64,000 nucleotides of DNA from Candidatus Bathyarchaeota archaeon (GCA_963782525.1 CAWAKC010000001.1:512001-576000), one strand, 5' to 3'; numbered from the stretch's first letter, positions 1-9,269 are shown. Notes: generated by a model not told the origin, from the sequence alone. Numbers and translations: made by a program.

Positions 1-17
1 GTGGCATAAGTGCAGAC

Positions 18-464
18 ATGCAGTCACCAAGAACAAGACTACTCTACCTAATCTACTCTGCGCCCAACAGCCGCATCAAAGCAGCCCCCGGCACCAAATC
101 AAACATCGCGCAGGTTTTAGGCTACAAGTCTGATGGACACTTCCACTACGACTGGAACTACCTAACAAACGCCGGCATGATTGAGGAAAAACAAGGATAT
201 TTCCTTGTCACTGATACAGGAAAAAAAGAATTCGCTCTCCAATCAACCGCAGCCATGAGCAACTGGATAATGGTTGTCATGGGAATTGCCATGGTGTCTT
301 TTACAGTCGGACTTGAATTGGAATTGCTGCCAAAGGAAACTGTGGCTCTTTTCGGCTCAGTTCTAATCTTGATTGGCTCTTTATTTTTGCTGGTAAACCG
401 TAAAACCAAACCAAGATTATCCTCAGAAGCAAAAGCCCTGCTAAAAGATTTAAACCGCCGTTAG
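18..464 (+). CDS. Hypothetical protein, winged-helix-like N-terminus plus two C-terminal TM helices
   Basis: L..AGMIEE..GYFLVTDTGKK resembles a wHTH wing; two hydrophobic segments follow. Confidence 0.55.
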   Translation: MQSPRTRLLYLIYSAPNSRIKAAPGTKSNIAQVLGYKSDGHFHYDWNYLTNAGMIEEKQGYFLVTDTGKKEFALQSTAAMSNWIMVVMGIAMVSFTVGLELELLPKETVALFGSVLILIGSLFLLVNRKTKPRLSSEAKALLKDLNRR

Positions 465-729
465 CTTTCAGGTTTAAGGTCTGGCTCAACCTTTACAGTT
501 ACATTTGGTCCTTTTATTCCAGCCTACAGAGTGAGAATATGGGAAATAAACTGTTCTGCAGTGCAGGACCGGACTGTGCTATTGCTGTGTACTCTTTCCA
601 ACCTTCCTCTTTTCTAAACTTCTGCAACCTCCGATCCCTGAACATTATGCAGATTGTACACTCAAAATTTTTCATAGCTATCCCTTGGCAAAAAAAGTAA
701 TAAAATTAACGTTAAAAAACATAAGAATG

Positions 730-740
730 CTTAATAAAAC
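730..740 (+). promoter_or_regulatory. Putative TATA box for the C/D sRNA
   Basis: CTTAATAAAA about 25 nt upstream of the sRNA terminal stem, preceded by a purine-rich BRE-like stretch. Confidence 0.4.
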
Positions 741-759
741 TGGCTCTCCCCTATTGGGG

Positions 760-816
760 TGCCGATGAAGAACCTAATTAGCTGATTTGATGATGCACCC
801 TAGGGTATCTGAGGCA
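760..816 (+). ncRNA. Box C/D methylation guide sRNA
   Basis: Terminal stem TGCC/GGCA; C box ATGAAGA 765-771; D' CTGA 782-785; C' TGATGA 788-793; D CTGA 809-812; 10- and 15-nt guides; intergenic. Confidence 0.8.
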
Positions 817-820
817 AAAT

Positions 821-1054
821 TTACTCGATTACTTTCTTTCGGACGAGGAATATCAGGAGAACCAATCCAACGATGAACAGGACAGCGCCGACAAGTACGG
901 AAGCGGCATAATCGATCTTTAGGACATCCGCCATCAAGTAGGGAACATACGTTGAACCAACAAAGATCAAGAATACAGAGACTATCGTCATTGCTACTTT
1001 CATGAATTTCGAATCTAAACTGCTAACTTGCATATTTTCATTGTTTTCTGTCAT
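821..1054 (-). CDS. Small two-TM membrane protein
   Basis: Two hydrophobic helices, directly downstream of the PAC2 gene. Confidence 0.65.
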   Translation of the reverse strand: MTENNENMQVSSLDSKFMKVAMTIVSVFLIFVGSTYVPYLMADVLKIDYAASVLVGAVLFIVGLVLLIFLVRKKVIE

Positions 1055-1069
1055 GCGACGCCCATCCAC

Positions 1070-1756
1070 TTACTCTTCAGGTGCATTGTTTTCTACTAGC
1101 CCTTCTTTTATCTCTTTTCCTAATGCCTTCATCAAGAACTTGAAAACCAAGAATCCAGCGCCCTTATCAGCCTTAAAACCCATCGTAGTTCCCAACAAAC
1201 CGATACCGTCAATCTTTCTTTCCTTCGCCAACGCCAACGTTAAACCGGTTCCACCGACGATTCTGCCTTTACTGTAGATTACGGCGCCCTTCTCCATAAA
1301 CTCCGTTGCCAAACGCGTCGATGTAGCGGCGATGTAAACCTGAGTTTTATCCTCAGTTATCGGTACTCCACCCATGGTTACGATAAATTTACAACCCAAT
1401 TTTTCAACGAAATCAAGTACGGAATCACAAACGGTATAATGAGCGACCACGTCATCAAACGAAGGTTGAATATCGCCTGTCATTATGACTAGATTGTTCT
1501 TCTCCATGGGTGCATAGTAGAAGTCATAACGTGGCAAGTTAGCGATGCCCTTGCTTGTTATGGCGACGTAATCGGGAAAAGAAGGAGAATACAACTCGGC
1601 GAAAGGTTTAGCGTCAAAGAACTTTATGAGCAGGTGCGCGGCGATTCTGCCTACGTTTCCAAAACCTGGGAGCCCTTGAACAAAGATTGGGTTTTCAAGA
1701 GTCGGATTCGAAAGGGTACGCAAATACGGCTTGTCCAAACTAAACCATCCGTCCAT
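1070..1756 (-). CDS. PAC2-family proteasome assembly chaperone / ATP-grasp-superfamily-like protein
   Basis: GLPGFGNVGRIAA, AELYSPSFP, IVTMGG and IVGGTGL motifs. Confidence 0.85.
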   Translation of the reverse strand: MDGWFSLDKPYLRTLSNPTLENPIFVQGLPGFGNVGRIAAHLLIKFFDAKPFAELYSPSFPDYVAITSKGIANLPRYDFYYAPMEKNNLVIMTGDIQPSFDDVVAHYTVCDSVLDFVEKLGCKFIVTMGGVPITEDKTQVYIAATSTRLATEFMEKGAVIYSKGRIVGGTGLTLALAKERKIDGIGLLGTTMGFKADKGAGFLVFKFLMKALGKEIKEGLVENNAPEE

Positions 1757-1865
1757 ACAAAGAAACTCGACACTAAAATCCTTTTGCCGACAACGAAAAA
1801 GAAACTATTAATATTTGACGCTTCAACTAATAGGATACATCCCAAAAAACGACACCAAAACCTGT

Positions 1866-1944
1866 AGCGGGGTGGGGTAGCCAGGATTAACCCGCTGGGC
1901 TCATAACCCAGAGATCAGTAGTTCAAATCTACTCCCCGCTACCA
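1866..1944 (+). tRNA. tRNA-Met initiator (CAT), CCA encoded
   Basis: Full cloverleaf; A1-U72 pair; anticodon stem CTGGG/CCCAG with three G-C pairs; loop CTCATAA; TTCAAAT T-loop. Confidence 0.97.
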
Positions 1945-2465
1945 ACAACAAAATTTTGCCTCCTAACCCCCCGGCGACCCTTTGGCCATTAACAAAAGCT
2001 TGAACTCTTTAAAGCACTAAATCTACCACTAAACCAATCACCCAAGCAATCGCCCACAAACCCAAAAAAACAAGAACTGCACGCAACCGACATCGACACG
2101 GAAACAGAAACCCAACATACCCCACACTACACCCACACTGCCTAACATAGCATCCAACATTGCTGTGTAAATCAAACCCGCTTCCCACACACAAAACAAA
2201 AGAGAAAAACAACCCAAACCCAAAGCCCCAAATGTAGTGTGCAACTTTATAGCGCCACACCCACACAAAAAGAAAAAGCATTTAAGAACAAAAAGTATGT
2301 CAGCAATCTAAAATCCCCAATTTGACTCTTGGATTAAATAAGGGCTTATTTGCCTTTAAGACGCCAAGTTTGCTGCGAGTTTTTAGTATTTCTTAAGCCC
2401 TAAATACAGCTTGTTTACTGTAAAAGTAAATAAATAGGTTGACATAACATTAAAGAAACTTCAGT

Positions 2466-4268
2466 TTGGTGAATTCCGTGAAGCGACCTAATGCAATCCT
2501 ATTGATTGTGGCTTTCTCGTTACTTGTTATTTTGCCAGTTGCTTTGCCCTCTGGTGTTTCAGCCCAAGCCAGCAACTACACTATTGACAAAGTAGACCAT
2601 CAGGTTCAAGTTATGTATTCTGGACACATAGTAATAATCGATACTATCCATGTTTCTGGTCAGATAACGGATGGATTCATGATCGGGTTACCATCTCAGT
2701 ACAGCGCTTCTGTCCTCAAGGGCATAGCATATGACGATACTCATGTTTACCAGATTAATTTAGGTGTTCAACTGGGCGACCGAAGCGGATTCTATGGCGC
2801 AACAGTAAACTTCAACGGAAACACACCTAGCGTCTTCACAGTTGCCTTTGTGCTATCCAACAGCCTCGTGACTGAACAAGGTACTGGCGTTTACAATCTT
2901 AACTTTCCTGCATACCCCAGTCTAGGACAGGATGTAGGAACCTGCGACGTCACCTTTACTTTTCCAAGTACACCTTCAACCATAACAATCTCCAAAGATG
3001 ACGGAAACATAGATACGGCGACTTACTCAAAAACTAACCTAGCAGCCTACACTTTCGCCCCAGCCACAGCCGTCGTTCAATTATCAACTGGAGCCATACA
3101 ATTAACCACCATAACCAGCTTAAACCGCCAAATAAACATCGACGCAACAGGCAAAGTCACGGCTTCAGATAACTACCGGATAATCAGTAACTCCACATCA
3201 CTTATGAGTTCATTCGCAATTACCCTTCCCGGAGAGGCAAAGAACGTTCAGATAAGAGATCAATTCGGAGCTTTACCCGCCAACTTAGGAATAAGCGATA
3301 ATTCGATAGTAGCTAACGCAACTTTAGTGACGTTCTTGTCTAATGGCCAGACGACGGTGTTGACTGCACAATATAATTTGCCAAGTGCAACGCTTCAAGG
3401 CAGCAACTATGTTTTAGGGAACTTCAAGCTTTTTCCAGATTTTGGCTACTTCGTTAATCAAGCCACTATAAATTTTACTCCGCCTGAAGGAGCCACAATC
3501 GTTACTCCAAAAGCGTCAGAACTTGACCCGTCTTCAACATTAACAAGGCAAACCTATCAAGATAGCCTCACCGTAACAAAGAACAACTTGAGCTACGTGG
3601 ATTATCTTGCACCCCAACAGAACACCATCCAACTAGAATTCAATTATAATCCAGTATGGTCTTCTTTCAGACCCACGTTTTGGGCGGCACTCCTAGCTGT
3701 GGTTGCATGCGTAGCAGTCTTTTTCGTTAGAAGACATAAACCAGCTGAAGAAACTTACAAAGAAAAAACCGAACGGTTAGCAACACTCCAGACATCCCCG
3801 TCTGTGCAGCAAACTAGGGGAGCGGAAATAAAGACCGGTCAACAAGTTTCTGCAGAAACCATCAGGGAGTTCATAGATGCCTACGAAGACAAAAAACAGT
3901 TAAATGCTGAGGTAAAGTCGATGGATGCAAAGGCGCAAAAAGGAAAGATTCCAAGACGCCAATACAAAGTTCAAAGAAACGCTATAGAGGTTCGTTTGCA
4001 AGGCATAAACCGAAACATTGAAAGAACAAAGAAAGCCTTCATGGGCACAACTGGCAGCTACTCTGATTTAGTTAAGCAACTGGATTTGGCTGAAGCAGAC
4101 TTGGTTGAAGCTGAAGAAAACATAAAGAACCTTGAAGCGCGGCAAAACAAGGGAGAAATTTCGCTTGAAGTCTATAAGAGATCCATCGGAGACTACCAAA
4201 AACAAAGAGACAAAGCTGAATCTGCCATAAACGGAATTTTGCTGAGATTACGTGAAAAAATCCGCTAA
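2466..4268 (+). CDS. Type I membrane protein, ribophorin I (Rpn1/Ost1)-like architecture
   Basis: Signal peptide, Thr/Ser/Asn-rich beta ectodomain with repeated R.I.I...G.V...D.Y strands, single TM helix, cytosolic coiled-coil bundle. Confidence 0.6.
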   Translation: MVNSVKRPNAILLIVAFSLLVILPVALPSGVSAQASNYTIDKVDHQVQVMYSGHIVIIDTIHVSGQITDGFMIGLPSQYSASVLKGIAYDDTHVYQINLGVQLGDRSGFYGATVNFNGNTPSVFTVAFVLSNSLVTEQGTGVYNLNFPAYPSLGQDVGTCDVTFTFPSTPSTITISKDDGNIDTATYSKTNLAAYTFAPATAVVQLSTGAIQLTTITSLNRQINIDATGKVTASDNYRIISNSTSLMSSFAITLPGEAKNVQIRDQFGALPANLGISDNSIVANATLVTFLSNGQTTVLTAQYNLPSATLQGSNYVLGNFKLFPDFGYFVNQATINFTPPEGATIVTPKASELDPSSTLTRQTYQDSLTVTKNNLSYVDYLAPQQNTIQLEFNYNPVWSSFRPTFWAALLAVVACVAVFFVRRHKPAEETYKEKTERLATLQTSPSVQQTRGAEIKTGQQVSAETIREFIDAYEDKKQLNAEVKSMDAKAQKGKIPRRQYKVQRNAIEVRLQGINRNIERTKKAFMGTTGSYSDLVKQLDLAEADLVEAEENIKNLEARQNKGEISLEVYKRSIGDYQKQRDKAESAINGILLRLREKIR

Positions 4269-4333
4269 AACACCTAAACCCTTTTATTTTACTCATCAAC
4301 TTTTGAAGGAAATATCCCAGAGGTAAGACAAAA

Positions 4334-4513
4334 ATGGTAAAAATTGTTGTCGATCCTAAATGCACTGGATGCGAAACTTGTGTCAACACTTGCCCAGTCG
4401 GCGTATACGAAATCAAAGACGGCAAATCTGTTCCAAGCAAGTCAAGTGAATGTCTTGTTTGTAGAGCATGTGAAGCACAATGCCCCGAAGGTGCTATTCA
4501 GGTAATCGAATAA
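4334..4513 (+). CDS. 2x[4Fe-4S] ferredoxin, 59 aa (absent from ORF track)
   Basis: Translated by hand: MVKIVVDPKCTGCETCVNTCPVG...ECLVCRACEAQCPEGAIQVIE; two CxxCxxCxxxCP motifs; GAGGT RBS. Confidence 0.95.
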   Translation: MVKIVVDPKCTGCETCVNTCPVGVYEIKDGKSVPSKSSECLVCRACEAQCPEGAIQVIE

Positions 4514-4966
4514 ACTAAATTTCTCCACAATCTCAAGTTGAGGTTGAGAGAGTTTCCCTTTTATTAGTCAAGTTTTTATCAAGTATTTTTTGAAGCAAAA
4601 GATAAAACGCAATGAACTTCGGGTTTAATCTTCAAGGTTTAGAAGAAACTCAACTATCCTTGCGAGTTGCTTTGCAGTTGGAAGGTCTATGTTCTGTTCT
4701 TCATCTATGTTTATGATTAAATTATCGGTTTGCATAGCTTTCCTATTAGCGACTTTTGCTATAACAATATCCCTGACTTGCACTTCGAAGTTCGAAGTGG
4801 CAGAAAAATCGAAGTTAACATTTTAACACTTCCATGTAAATTTAGCAGACTTAGCACTTGAAAGAGCATACACTTCCAGATAAAACAACACAAATCATCT
4901 TTTCCACCAAAATTAATCCATTAACCCAAGTAAAAGTTATATTCTAAAGCTCCCTAAAACCTTGTT

Positions 4967-5242
4967 ATGCCAGACAAAGTTCATTGTTGCCACATACTGG
5001 TCAAAACATTAACAGAAGCCCAAAACGCCAAAGCCCGACTCGACAAAGGCGAAAAATTCGGCGCTGTAGCCCAACAAGTTTCCCTATGCCCTTCCGGCAA
5101 AAAAGGAGGAGACCTAGGAACTTTCACAAGAGGCAAAATGGTGAAAGAATTCGAGAAAACCGCCTTCGAACTCGAAAAGGGTCAAACTTCGGCTCCTGTT
5201 AAAACTCAGTTTGGGTACCACATCATAAAACGAATCGAATAA
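4967..5242 (+). CDS. ppiC: Parvulin-type peptidyl-prolyl isomerase
   Basis: HILVK, SLCPSGKKGGDLG, MVKEFE, TQFGYHII. Confidence 0.95.
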   Translation: MPDKVHCCHILVKTLTEAQNAKARLDKGEKFGAVAQQVSLCPSGKKGGDLGTFTRGKMVKEFEKTAFELEKGQTSAPVKTQFGYHIIKRIE

Positions 5243-5355
5243 ACAGATGCAAGCAGGGCAAATCCGCTCTAAAGCGCTTTTTATGTTCCAAAGAAAAGGC
5301 AGGAATCTAAGCGACCAACATAAAACTGAACCTTATCAAAAACGAAAGAACATTA

Positions 5356-6060
5356 TTGATTGTTTGCTTAGCGTTCCTTCTAAGTTTTTTGCTGGTTACA
5401 CTTTTTAGAGCAAACTTTCACCAAATTGATGTTGATGTAAACCAGTATATTCCAGCAATCCAATCAGGCATGTTGACGGTTTTTGCTCAGGGGGTTGCAT
5501 TATTTTTTGACACTGCAAGTATTGCGATTTTCTCCCTGATTATTGCAGGGTTTTTGTTCTGGAAGAATTACAAAGCGCAAGGTCTACTCCTTTTGGGCGC
5601 GATGGGTGGGGATGCTTTGATAGTTTCAGCCCTAAAAGCCTTTGAACACGTTGCTAGACCAACGAATAACATTTTATTCGACACCGGTTTTTCATATCCT
5701 AGCGGTCATAGTGCAGGATGCATAGTTTTTGTTGGAGTGCTTGCTTATTTTGCTTGGCGGCACTGGCAAAGCACGCTTTCAAGGGCTTTAATTGGCGTTG
5801 GATTGGGGTCAGTCGTGGGTGTTGTGGGTTTTGATAGGCTTTACTTGAATGTTCATTGGCTTAGTGATGTTTTGGGTGGGTGGCTGTTTGGGGCATTTTG
5901 GCTGTCGTTTGTTATTTTGGTTTTTCGGCAATTGCAGTTGAGCGGGAAGGTTGAGTCGGAGAGTTTTGGTGTAGTTGCTAATTGGCTTTATGTGGTGGCG
6001 GTTGTGGTTTCGGTTTTTGTTGTTTTGTTTAGTATGTTGGGTAATTTCTTCCACTTTTAA
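5356..6060 (+). CDS. PAP2-family membrane phosphatase
   Basis: K......RP, SYPSGH, R.YLNVHWLSDV motifs. Confidence 0.9.
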   Translation: MIVCLAFLLSFLLVTLFRANFHQIDVDVNQYIPAIQSGMLTVFAQGVALFFDTASIAIFSLIIAGFLFWKNYKAQGLLLLGAMGGDALIVSALKAFEHVARPTNNILFDTGFSYPSGHSAGCIVFVGVLAYFAWRHWQSTLSRALIGVGLGSVVGVVGFDRLYLNVHWLSDVLGGWLFGAFWLSFVILVFRQLQLSGKVESESFGVVANWLYVVAVVVSVFVVLFSMLGNFFHF

Positions 6061-6064
6061 TGTT

Positions 6065-6099
6065 AAAAGATATATCTTTTTCAGATACAGTCATATCTG
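6065..6099. promoter_or_regulatory. Palindromic promoter/operator upstream of copA relic and YHS gene
   Basis: Perfect 16-bp palindrome AAAAGATATATCTTTT (6065-6080) followed by CAGATA-N6-TATCTG (6082-6099). Confidence 0.55.
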
Positions 6100-6135
6100 T
6101 AAACAGACAATCACAATTCAACCGAGAGGAGAAAA

Positions 6136-6256
6136 ATGACAATAGTAAGAGACCCCGTATGCGGCTGGAGCCATGGCGATAAGCAGCTTAACCGTAGTCA
6201 GCAATTCTGCATCATTAAAGTTAGCTATGTTTAAATCAGCCCAAGGTAAAACATGA
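6136..6256 (+). pseudogene. copA: Internally deleted P1B-type heavy-metal (Cu) ATPase gene
   Basis: AGGAG RBS, then MTIVRDPVCG (YHS/TRASH start) joined out of frame to AAGAMAISSLTVVSNSASLKL (last TM motif of P1B ATPases) ending in TGA. Confidence 0.8.
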
Positions 6257-6281
6257 ACAGTCAACGTGAGGTGAAAAAAAT

Positions 6282-6473
6282 ATGGCAAAAGATCCAATAT
6301 GCGACATGATGGTAGACGAGAAAAAAACAAAATTCAAATCCGACTACAACGGCAAAACCTATTATTTCTGCGCAGCCTCCTGCAAAGCAACTTTCGACAA
6401 ATCTCCAGCAAAATATGCTGGCAACTCAGCTCCGTCAGGGCATAGTTGCAATTGTGGCCACGACCATTGCTAA
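6282..6473 (+). CDS. YHS/TRASH-domain metallochaperone
   Basis: DPICDMMV...YYFCAASCK; His/Cys tail HSCNCGHDHC; GAGGTGA RBS. Confidence 0.9.
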   Translation: MAKDPICDMMVDEKKTKFKSDYNGKTYYFCAASCKATFDKSPAKYAGNSAPSGHSCNCGHDHC

Positions 6474-6536
6474 CCAGTAGAGTTAGCTTTTAACATCTTT
6501 TCTTTGATTTCTTTCATCATTTATCGTTTTTACTTG

Positions 6537-7220
6537 TTAGGGCATTTTGGATTTTTCTTCAACAGGCAACTTCTCTGCGAATGCACCCAGCAAGACATGT
6601 TCAGCGAAAAGGTCCTCGTTGAAGGCTCCCACAAACTCGACTGTCTCGTTGATTATTATCTTTGGAACTCCAATCACATTGTATTTCATGGCTAAGTCTG
6701 GGAATTCGCTGCTTTCTATAATGTCGGCTTTGACCATGTCGCTTTCTATGGCTAATTTATGGGCAACAGCAGCTGCGGCGGGGCAGTGGGGACAGGTTAG
6801 TGTGACGAAGACTTGGATGTGAACAGGCAATTTAACATCCGACAGTATCTGTTTGGTTTTGTCGGAAAGGTCAGTTTTGCCCTTTGAAACATTGACGATG
6901 GCTTCAATCAAGGTTTGAAGCTCATACCCATACGGAATGCCGTAAATTCTTACGCCATAGTCTTTTTTGCCTATTATGGCTAAAGCAGGTATCTTGTCGA
7001 TACCAAATTCCTTGGCTTTCGCTGCGTTAGCTACAAAATCGTAAACTTCCGAGGTTATTTTGCTGTTCAGCGATGCAAGTTCTTGGGCGAGTTTTCTTGT
7101 ATCCGAACAGTATCGGCACTCAAACTCCTGAGTAAACATAACAATTTTTACGGGATCAACCAGTTTTTCCTCAAAATCTTTCTTAAGTAATTCTTTTTTA
7201 TCGTCAGGTAATAGACTCAT
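6537..7220 (-). CDS. Protein disulfide oxidoreductase (two thioredoxin folds, archaeal glutaredoxin-like PDO)
   Basis: CRYC and CPHC motifs, GIPYGYE, VIGVPK. Confidence 0.92.
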   Translation of the reverse strand: MSLLPDDKKELLKKDFEEKLVDPVKIVMFTQEFECRYCSDTRKLAQELASLNSKITSEVYDFVANAAKAKEFGIDKIPALAIIGKKDYGVRIYGIPYGYELQTLIEAIVNVSKGKTDLSDKTKQILSDVKLPVHIQVFVTLTCPHCPAAAAVAHKLAIESDMVKADIIESSEFPDLAMKYNVIGVPKIIINETVEFVGAFNEDLFAEHVLLGAFAEKLPVEEKSKMP

Positions 7221-7379
7221 GCTTTTTCCTCGCAAAAATATTTGACAATCCAGCTTCTACAGTAGACTTTGTTGTTCCCGAAATATAACTGTAGAGTTCG
7301 GGGTTTGAGAACGAAAGTCATATAAGAGTTTTTGAGATTTTCTCTTTCATTGACGTTTGATTTTTGGAGAAGGTAAAAA

Positions 7380-8570
7380 ATGGTTAAAATTGCCCTAAAA
7401 GAGGGAGTATACTGGGTAGGCGTTGTTGACTGGAACATACGGGACTTCCACGATTATAGTACAAATCGAGGCTCCAGCTACAACGCGTACTTGATAACAG
7501 ACGAAAAAACCGCATTAATCGATACCGTGAAAGCGGCATTCTGCAAAGAACTCGTCGACCACATCTCTGAGTTAGTCGAAATAGAAAAACTCGACTACAT
7601 CATAGTAAACCATGTGGAAATGGATCATTCAAGCAGCCTTCCATTAATTGCTAAGCTGGCAAAAAACGCCAGAATCTATGCCACCGCCCGAGGTAAAGAA
7701 GAACTCATAAAACACTATGGCAAGGAGTTTGAACGCGTTGAAACCGTTAAATCCGGGGACACCGTAAAGCTTGGAAAGAAAACACTTACTTTCATTGAGG
7801 CGCCGATGCTGCATTGGCCCGACAGCATGTTCACCTATGTAGTCGAAGATAAGGTACTGATCCCAAACGATGCTTTTGGTCAACACCTCGCGAGTTCAGG
7901 TCGTTTTGACGACGAAGTCGACCAAGAAGTGCTTATGGAGGAAGCAGTTACATACTACGCCAACATTCTCACGCCGTTTGCGCCATTAATTGTTAAGAAA
8001 ATCCAAGAAGTCGTCGACATGAAGATATCGATCGACATGATAGCTCCCAGTCACGGCATTATCTGGCGCAAAGACCCTATGAAAATCGTCAATGCCTATC
8101 TAGATTGGTCTACAGGCAAAATAGTGAAACCCAAAGTAGTCATAGTTTTTGACACTATGTGGGATAGCACAAACAAGATGGCACGAGCAATCGGAGACGG
8201 CGTAGCCAGCCAAGGAGTTGAAGTTAAACTGTTCAAGCTGCGCGCCACAGACAACACTGACGTTGTCACCGAAATCGTGGACTCCAAAGTGGTTCTTGTT
8301 GGTTCGCCCACTTTGAACAACGGCATCTTTCCATCAGTTGGAATGTTTCTAACCTACATAACCGGTTTGAAGCCGCGGGGCAAACTATGGGGTTTCTTCG
8401 GCTCCTATGGTTGGGGAGGAGGCGCTGTGCGAGGTATGGTTAAGATGGCTAAAGAAGCAGGCTTCGACGTCATCGAGCCAACTGTTGAGTTAAAGTGGGT
8501 TCCAACTGAAGAGGAACTCAAAAAGTGCTTTGAATTTGGGCAACAAATCACTCAAAAAGCCAAAGCCTAA
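7380..8570 (+). CDS. fprA: Flavodiiron protein (FprA / A-type flavoprotein)
   Basis: NHVEMDHS, LHWPDSM, DAFGQH, APSHG and a C-terminal flavodoxin with FGSYGWGG. Confidence 0.95.
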   Translation: MVKIALKEGVYWVGVVDWNIRDFHDYSTNRGSSYNAYLITDEKTALIDTVKAAFCKELVDHISELVEIEKLDYIIVNHVEMDHSSSLPLIAKLAKNARIYATARGKEELIKHYGKEFERVETVKSGDTVKLGKKTLTFIEAPMLHWPDSMFTYVVEDKVLIPNDAFGQHLASSGRFDDEVDQEVLMEEAVTYYANILTPFAPLIVKKIQEVVDMKISIDMIAPSHGIIWRKDPMKIVNAYLDWSTGKIVKPKVVIVFDTMWDSTNKMARAIGDGVASQGVEVKLFKLRATDNTDVVTEIVDSKVVLVGSPTLNNGIFPSVGMFLTYITGLKPRGKLWGFFGSYGWGGGAVRGMVKMAKEAGFDVIEPTVELKWVPTEEELKKCFEFGQQITQKAKA

Positions 8571-8643
8571 CTTTTCCTTATTTTCTTTATTTAAAACCTT
8601 AACCCCATTTTTTAGATAAAAAAAAATAAAAAAATTGCGGCAA

Positions 8644-9147
8644 TTACGCTATTTTCATGAACATATTTCTCTGCGTAGCGCAGATTGGACATGCATCGGG
8701 CGTTGTACCTTCAAAGGTGTTTCCACATACAGGGCAAACATACATGTCCATTGTGGGCAATTCTTTTTTGTTTTTGAGGGCATCGAGTGCTTTTTGGTAG
8801 AGGTTCGCGTGGATTTGCTCGACCTTTTTGGCGTAGTCGAAACTTACTTCAGCTTTTTTGTTGCCTTCTTTTTTGGCTTCAGCGATAAAGTCTGGATACA
8901 TTTTCTTGAACTCGTAGGTTTCACCCGAAATGGCAGTGCCGAGGTTGTCAGCGGTTGATTTTACCTGTCCCAATACACGCAAGTGATTTAGGGCATGGAC
9001 GGTCTCAGCTTCCGCCGCAGCTCGGAAAAGTTTAGCAGTTTGCGGTAAGCCTTCTTCATCAGCCTTACTAGCGAAAGCCGTGTACATTCGGTTAGCTTGG
9101 GATTCGCCTGCGAAGGCAGCTTTTAGGTTTTCATCAGTTTTAGCCAT
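8644..9147 (-). CDS. rbr: Rubrerythrin
   Basis: AFAGESQA, EAETVHA, ETYE, EQIH and C-terminal CPVCG...CPIC. Confidence 0.95.
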   Translation of the reverse strand: MAKTDENLKAAFAGESQANRMYTAFASKADEEGLPQTAKLFRAAAEAETVHALNHLRVLGQVKSTADNLGTAISGETYEFKKMYPDFIAEAKKEGNKKAEVSFDYAKKVEQIHANLYQKALDALKNKKELPTMDMYVCPVCGNTFEGTTPDACPICATQRNMFMKIA

Positions 9148-9269
9148 AAAATTCACTGGAAAACAGTAAGGAACAAGCAGGTAATAAGCTATACCGTGCC
9201 CCAAAAATGTTCAAGGTAAAGTATATTAGTTGTTTTCTGCTTTGGAGAAGCGTGATTTTGGTGAATTTT

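Noticed and set aside
514-675. Minus-strand 53-aa ORF MKNFECTIC...
   Set aside because: Single CxxC and no recognisable family; may be a decayed gene but not supportable
1969-1979. CCCGGCGACC matching the tRNA-Gly 3' end, as a possible att site
   Set aside because: Only about 10 bp, and it would bracket 41 kb of core genes; likely chance
2009-2281. Hydrophobic minus-strand ORFs in the ORF track
   Set aside because: By-product of the GT-rich minus strand; no RBS or family signal
4625-4900. Protein-like minus frame (...VRDIVIAKVANRK...LARIVEFLLNLED) interrupted by TAA at 4823-4825, containing the inverted repeat CACTTCGAA-G-TTCGAAGTG (4781-4799)
   Set aside because: No recognisable homology or start signal; cannot distinguish pseudogene from chance
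6118-6330. Minus-strand 70-aa ORF
   Set aside because: Antisense shadow of the copA relic and YHS gene
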